From: a virus
Taxonomy: Duplodnaviria; Caudoviricetes
Direction: 5' to 3' (one strand)
IMG/VR virus record: IMGVR_UViG_3300020045_005015
Location: 1-38,146 of that record
DNA: 38,146 bases
Position numbers and translations under genes: made by a program. The notes beneath the pieces are model-generated. The model had not been told where the DNA came from and did no database searches. It worked only from the letters and a program-made list of their open reading frames with translations. Of the stretch, positions 36,156 to 38,146 are shown in pieces (within the stretch, counting starts at the first letter, position 1; each line of letters begins with the position of its first letter).

Positions 36156-36998
36156 ATGGAAACTACAAACAAACAACCAGAAGAAAACAAAGTTGCGGTT
36201 GCGACTGTGCCAGAAAAAAAACCATTGCAGGTTTGGCAACAAGCATTAATTAACGCTGAAACAAAATTTCTTGCCGTAGCAGGAAAAAAAGAATTAGCAA
36301 AAATTGAGCTAGGTTTTGCTTTAATGCTGATGGAAAAGAACAAGTATTTAAAAGATTGCACGTATGATTCAATTATAAATGCAGTCATTAATGTTGCAAG
36401 AACCGGCATTACCCTAAGCCCAATTTTAAAATTAGCACACTTAGTTCCGCGAAAAACTAACGGAGTTTGGGAGTGTTCGCTTGACTTTGATTATAAAGGC
36501 TTAGTAAAAGTTTTAAAAGACAATGGCTGCTTAAAGGATATACAGGCGATCATTGTTTATGAAGATGAAAAGTTTGAAGAAAGTAATTCACCCATCATTG
36601 CCCCTGTCCATGAAAAAAGACACTCTAAAAGTGAAGAGGAGCAAAAAGCAAGGGTTGTGGCAGGTTGCTATTCACAAGTTTTATTGTTAGATAATACCGT
36701 TATTTATACTCAGTTTATGCCATATTGGGAAATTCAAAAATCTGAAAAGGTGTCGCAATCTGCAAGCTCTGAGTATTCGCCTTGGAAAAAATGGAGAGAA
36801 GAAATGATTAAAAAAACTAAAATTAAAAGAGATTTTAAAACTTTAATTTCTGGAAATCCAAACGAAAAAGTAATACATGCGTTAGCGGTTGAAGAAAAAA
36901 ACACCGTTATTGATATTGAGGCTCAATTTACAGATGTAAAGTCTGATGCACAAAACACAGCACAAAACATTGAAAATAAAATAATCGATGGCGAATAA
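36156..36998 (+). CDS. recT: RecT-family single-strand annealing protein
   Basis: GITLSP...AHLVPR, DYKGL, IVYEDEKF, SPW..W.EEM.KKT.IKR. Confidence 0.88.
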   Translation: METTNKQPEENKVAVATVPEKKPLQVWQQALINAETKFLAVAGKKELAKIELGFALMLMEKNKYLKDCTYDSIINAVINVARTGITLSPILKLAHLVPRKTNGVWECSLDFDYKGLVKVLKDNGCLKDIQAIIVYEDEKFEESNSPIIAPVHEKRHSKSEEEQKARVVAGCYSQVLLLDNTVIYTQFMPYWEIQKSEKVSQSASSEYSPWKKWREEMIKKTKIKRDFKTLISGNPNEKVIHALAVEEKNTVIDIEAQFTDVKSDAQNTAQNIENKIIDGE

Positions 36999-37686
36999 AT
37001 ACCCAGACAATGATTGGATGCTTGCCAGATTAGGTAAATTTACATCCTCCAAAATAGGACCATTGTTTGTTGGTGGAACCGATAAACTTTCTGTTGGCGC
37101 CATAACCTACGTTAAAGAAGTTGCAACTGAAATTCTTACAGGAACGCAGCGTGAATTAAAAGTTTATGCATTAGATTGGGGAAATGAAAATGAACCTAAA
37201 GCTGCAGAATTATTAGCGGAAAAACATGAAGGCTTTGAATATCATGGTGGCGACAATAAACTATTTATTCCCTACACTGAGTTTTCGGGAGGTTCGCCAG
37301 ATGCCACAATAAAATTCCCAGGCAAAGTAGTTTTTGAAATTAAGGCGCCCGAAAACCCAGTTAATCATGTGGAATTTTTAATGTGCAATAATGGCAATGA
37401 TCTAAAAGCAATTGAAAAAAAATACTGGCAACAGCTTCAAAAAAATATGGCTTGCCTTGCTAAACTTTTAAATTGCAATGTTACAGAGGTTAAAGGAATC
37501 TTTGTTAGTTACTGCCCGCTTATGCGAAATGAAAATCTAAGGTTAAAAGAAATCACCGTTTACCCTGATGTTGAATTTCAAAAAGAGTTACCAATTAGAA
37601 TTGCAAATGCAGAAAATGAATTAAAAAAACTTATTAAATCTGTGTATGAAACTAATAAAGCACTTAGTAACAATCAAAGCGCATAA
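36988..37686 (+). CDS. YqaJ/lambda-type exonuclease
   Basis: W...RLGKFTSS, WG.ENEP.A, GSPD, EIKAP, YWQQLQ. Confidence 0.9.
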   Translation: MANKYPDNDWMLARLGKFTSSKIGPLFVGGTDKLSVGAITYVKEVATEILTGTQRELKVYALDWGNENEPKAAELLAEKHEGFEYHGGDNKLFIPYTEFSGGSPDATIKFPGKVVFEIKAPENPVNHVEFLMCNNGNDLKAIEKKYWQQLQKNMACLAKLLNCNVTEVKGIFVSYCPLMRNENLRLKEITVYPDVEFQKELPIRIANAENELKKLIKSVYETNKALSNNQSA

Positions 37687-37687
37687 T

Positions 37688-37804
37688 ATGACGCAGACCA
37701 TTCCAGTCAACACAAAATATCCTTTAAACGATATTACTGCAAAATGGTATATAAATAAGAAATATGGCAATAGTGCCGAATTAATTAGCGTTAAGACAAA
37801 ATAA
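37688..37804 (+). CDS. 38-aa hypothetical protein
   Basis: Fills the gap between the exonuclease and MTase genes. Confidence 0.4.
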   Translation: MTQTIPVNTKYPLNDITAKWYINKKYGNSAELISVKTK

Positions 37805-37806
37805 AA

Positions 37807-38146
37807 ATGGAATTAATATCTGAGGTTTATTTGGAAGATTGTGTAACTGCATTAAAGCGATACTCAGACAAACATTTTGATCTTGCAATTGTCGATCCAC
37901 CTTACGGTATAAATGCTCCAAACATGACGATGGGTAGTAATCCAAATAGAAAAAAATTTGGCACAGGAACAATATCAACGGCTCAAAAATTAAAAAAAGG
38001 TAGATTAAACAGTGGTGGTGGCAAAGTCTTCTTAACGGAAGATAGACACGGCATCATTGCAGGTACGGTAAAAGTGTTAGGCGTGCTACAAAATAAAGCA
38101 CGGGTGAATTTGTATCACAGAAAATCTGGGAATTTGATTCAATCAA
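37807..38146 (+). CDS. N6A/N4C DNA methyltransferase, partial (3' end possibly chimeric)
   Basis: YLEDCV..LK...DKHFDLAIVDPPYG; frame open to the window end. Confidence 0.85.
   Translation, partial: MELISEVYLEDCVTALKRYSDKHFDLAIVDPPYGINAPNMTMGSNPNRKKFGTGTISTAQKLKKGRLNSGGGKVFLTEDRHGIIAGTVKVLGVLQNKARVNLYHRKSGNLIQS

Larger units (their letters stand above)
1..38146. mobile_element. Bacteroidota-type tailed phage genome, near complete
   Basis: Terminase, portal, protease, capsid, tail, tape measure, lysis and replication modules; no host housekeeping genes seen. Confidence 0.95.

Noticed and set aside
1-38146. CRISPR array, tRNA, DGR/reverse transcriptase, stop-codon recoding
   Set aside because: None seen by eye; genes are intact and densely packed under the standard code

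Overview
Near-complete genome of a tailed dsDNA phage (siphovirus-like, AT-rich). The host is most likely a Bacteroidota, judged from TAnnTTTG promoter boxes, few obvious Shine-Dalgarno motifs, and DUF4373-like and DUF5675-like genes. Gene order: replication/recombination (HNH, RusA-like, initiator, DnaB), accessory genes, a tyrosine recombinase with an integron-like cassette, packaging (TerS, NUMOD4-HNH, TerL, portal on the opposite strand), head, tail, lysis (DUF5675-like, holin, u-spanin), a leftward block of small early genes, a divergent control region, then rightward early genes (RecT, YqaJ exonuclease, DNA methyltransferase). Best candidate for an undescribed system: a minimal phage-borne integron-like unit at 5281-6565, made of an attC-like hairpin, one cassette bounded by a 15-bp inverted repeat, an attI-like site and an IntI-like recombinase lacking the IntI insertion. 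Other notable signals: three intergenic RNA-switch-like leaders, a capsid protein with an N-terminal membrane segment next to a Sec-signal protein, a secreted micropeptide, promoter-sRNA-terminator units, and five operator-like palindromes. Both window ends look chimeric. All calls come from reading motifs by eye; no searches were run.
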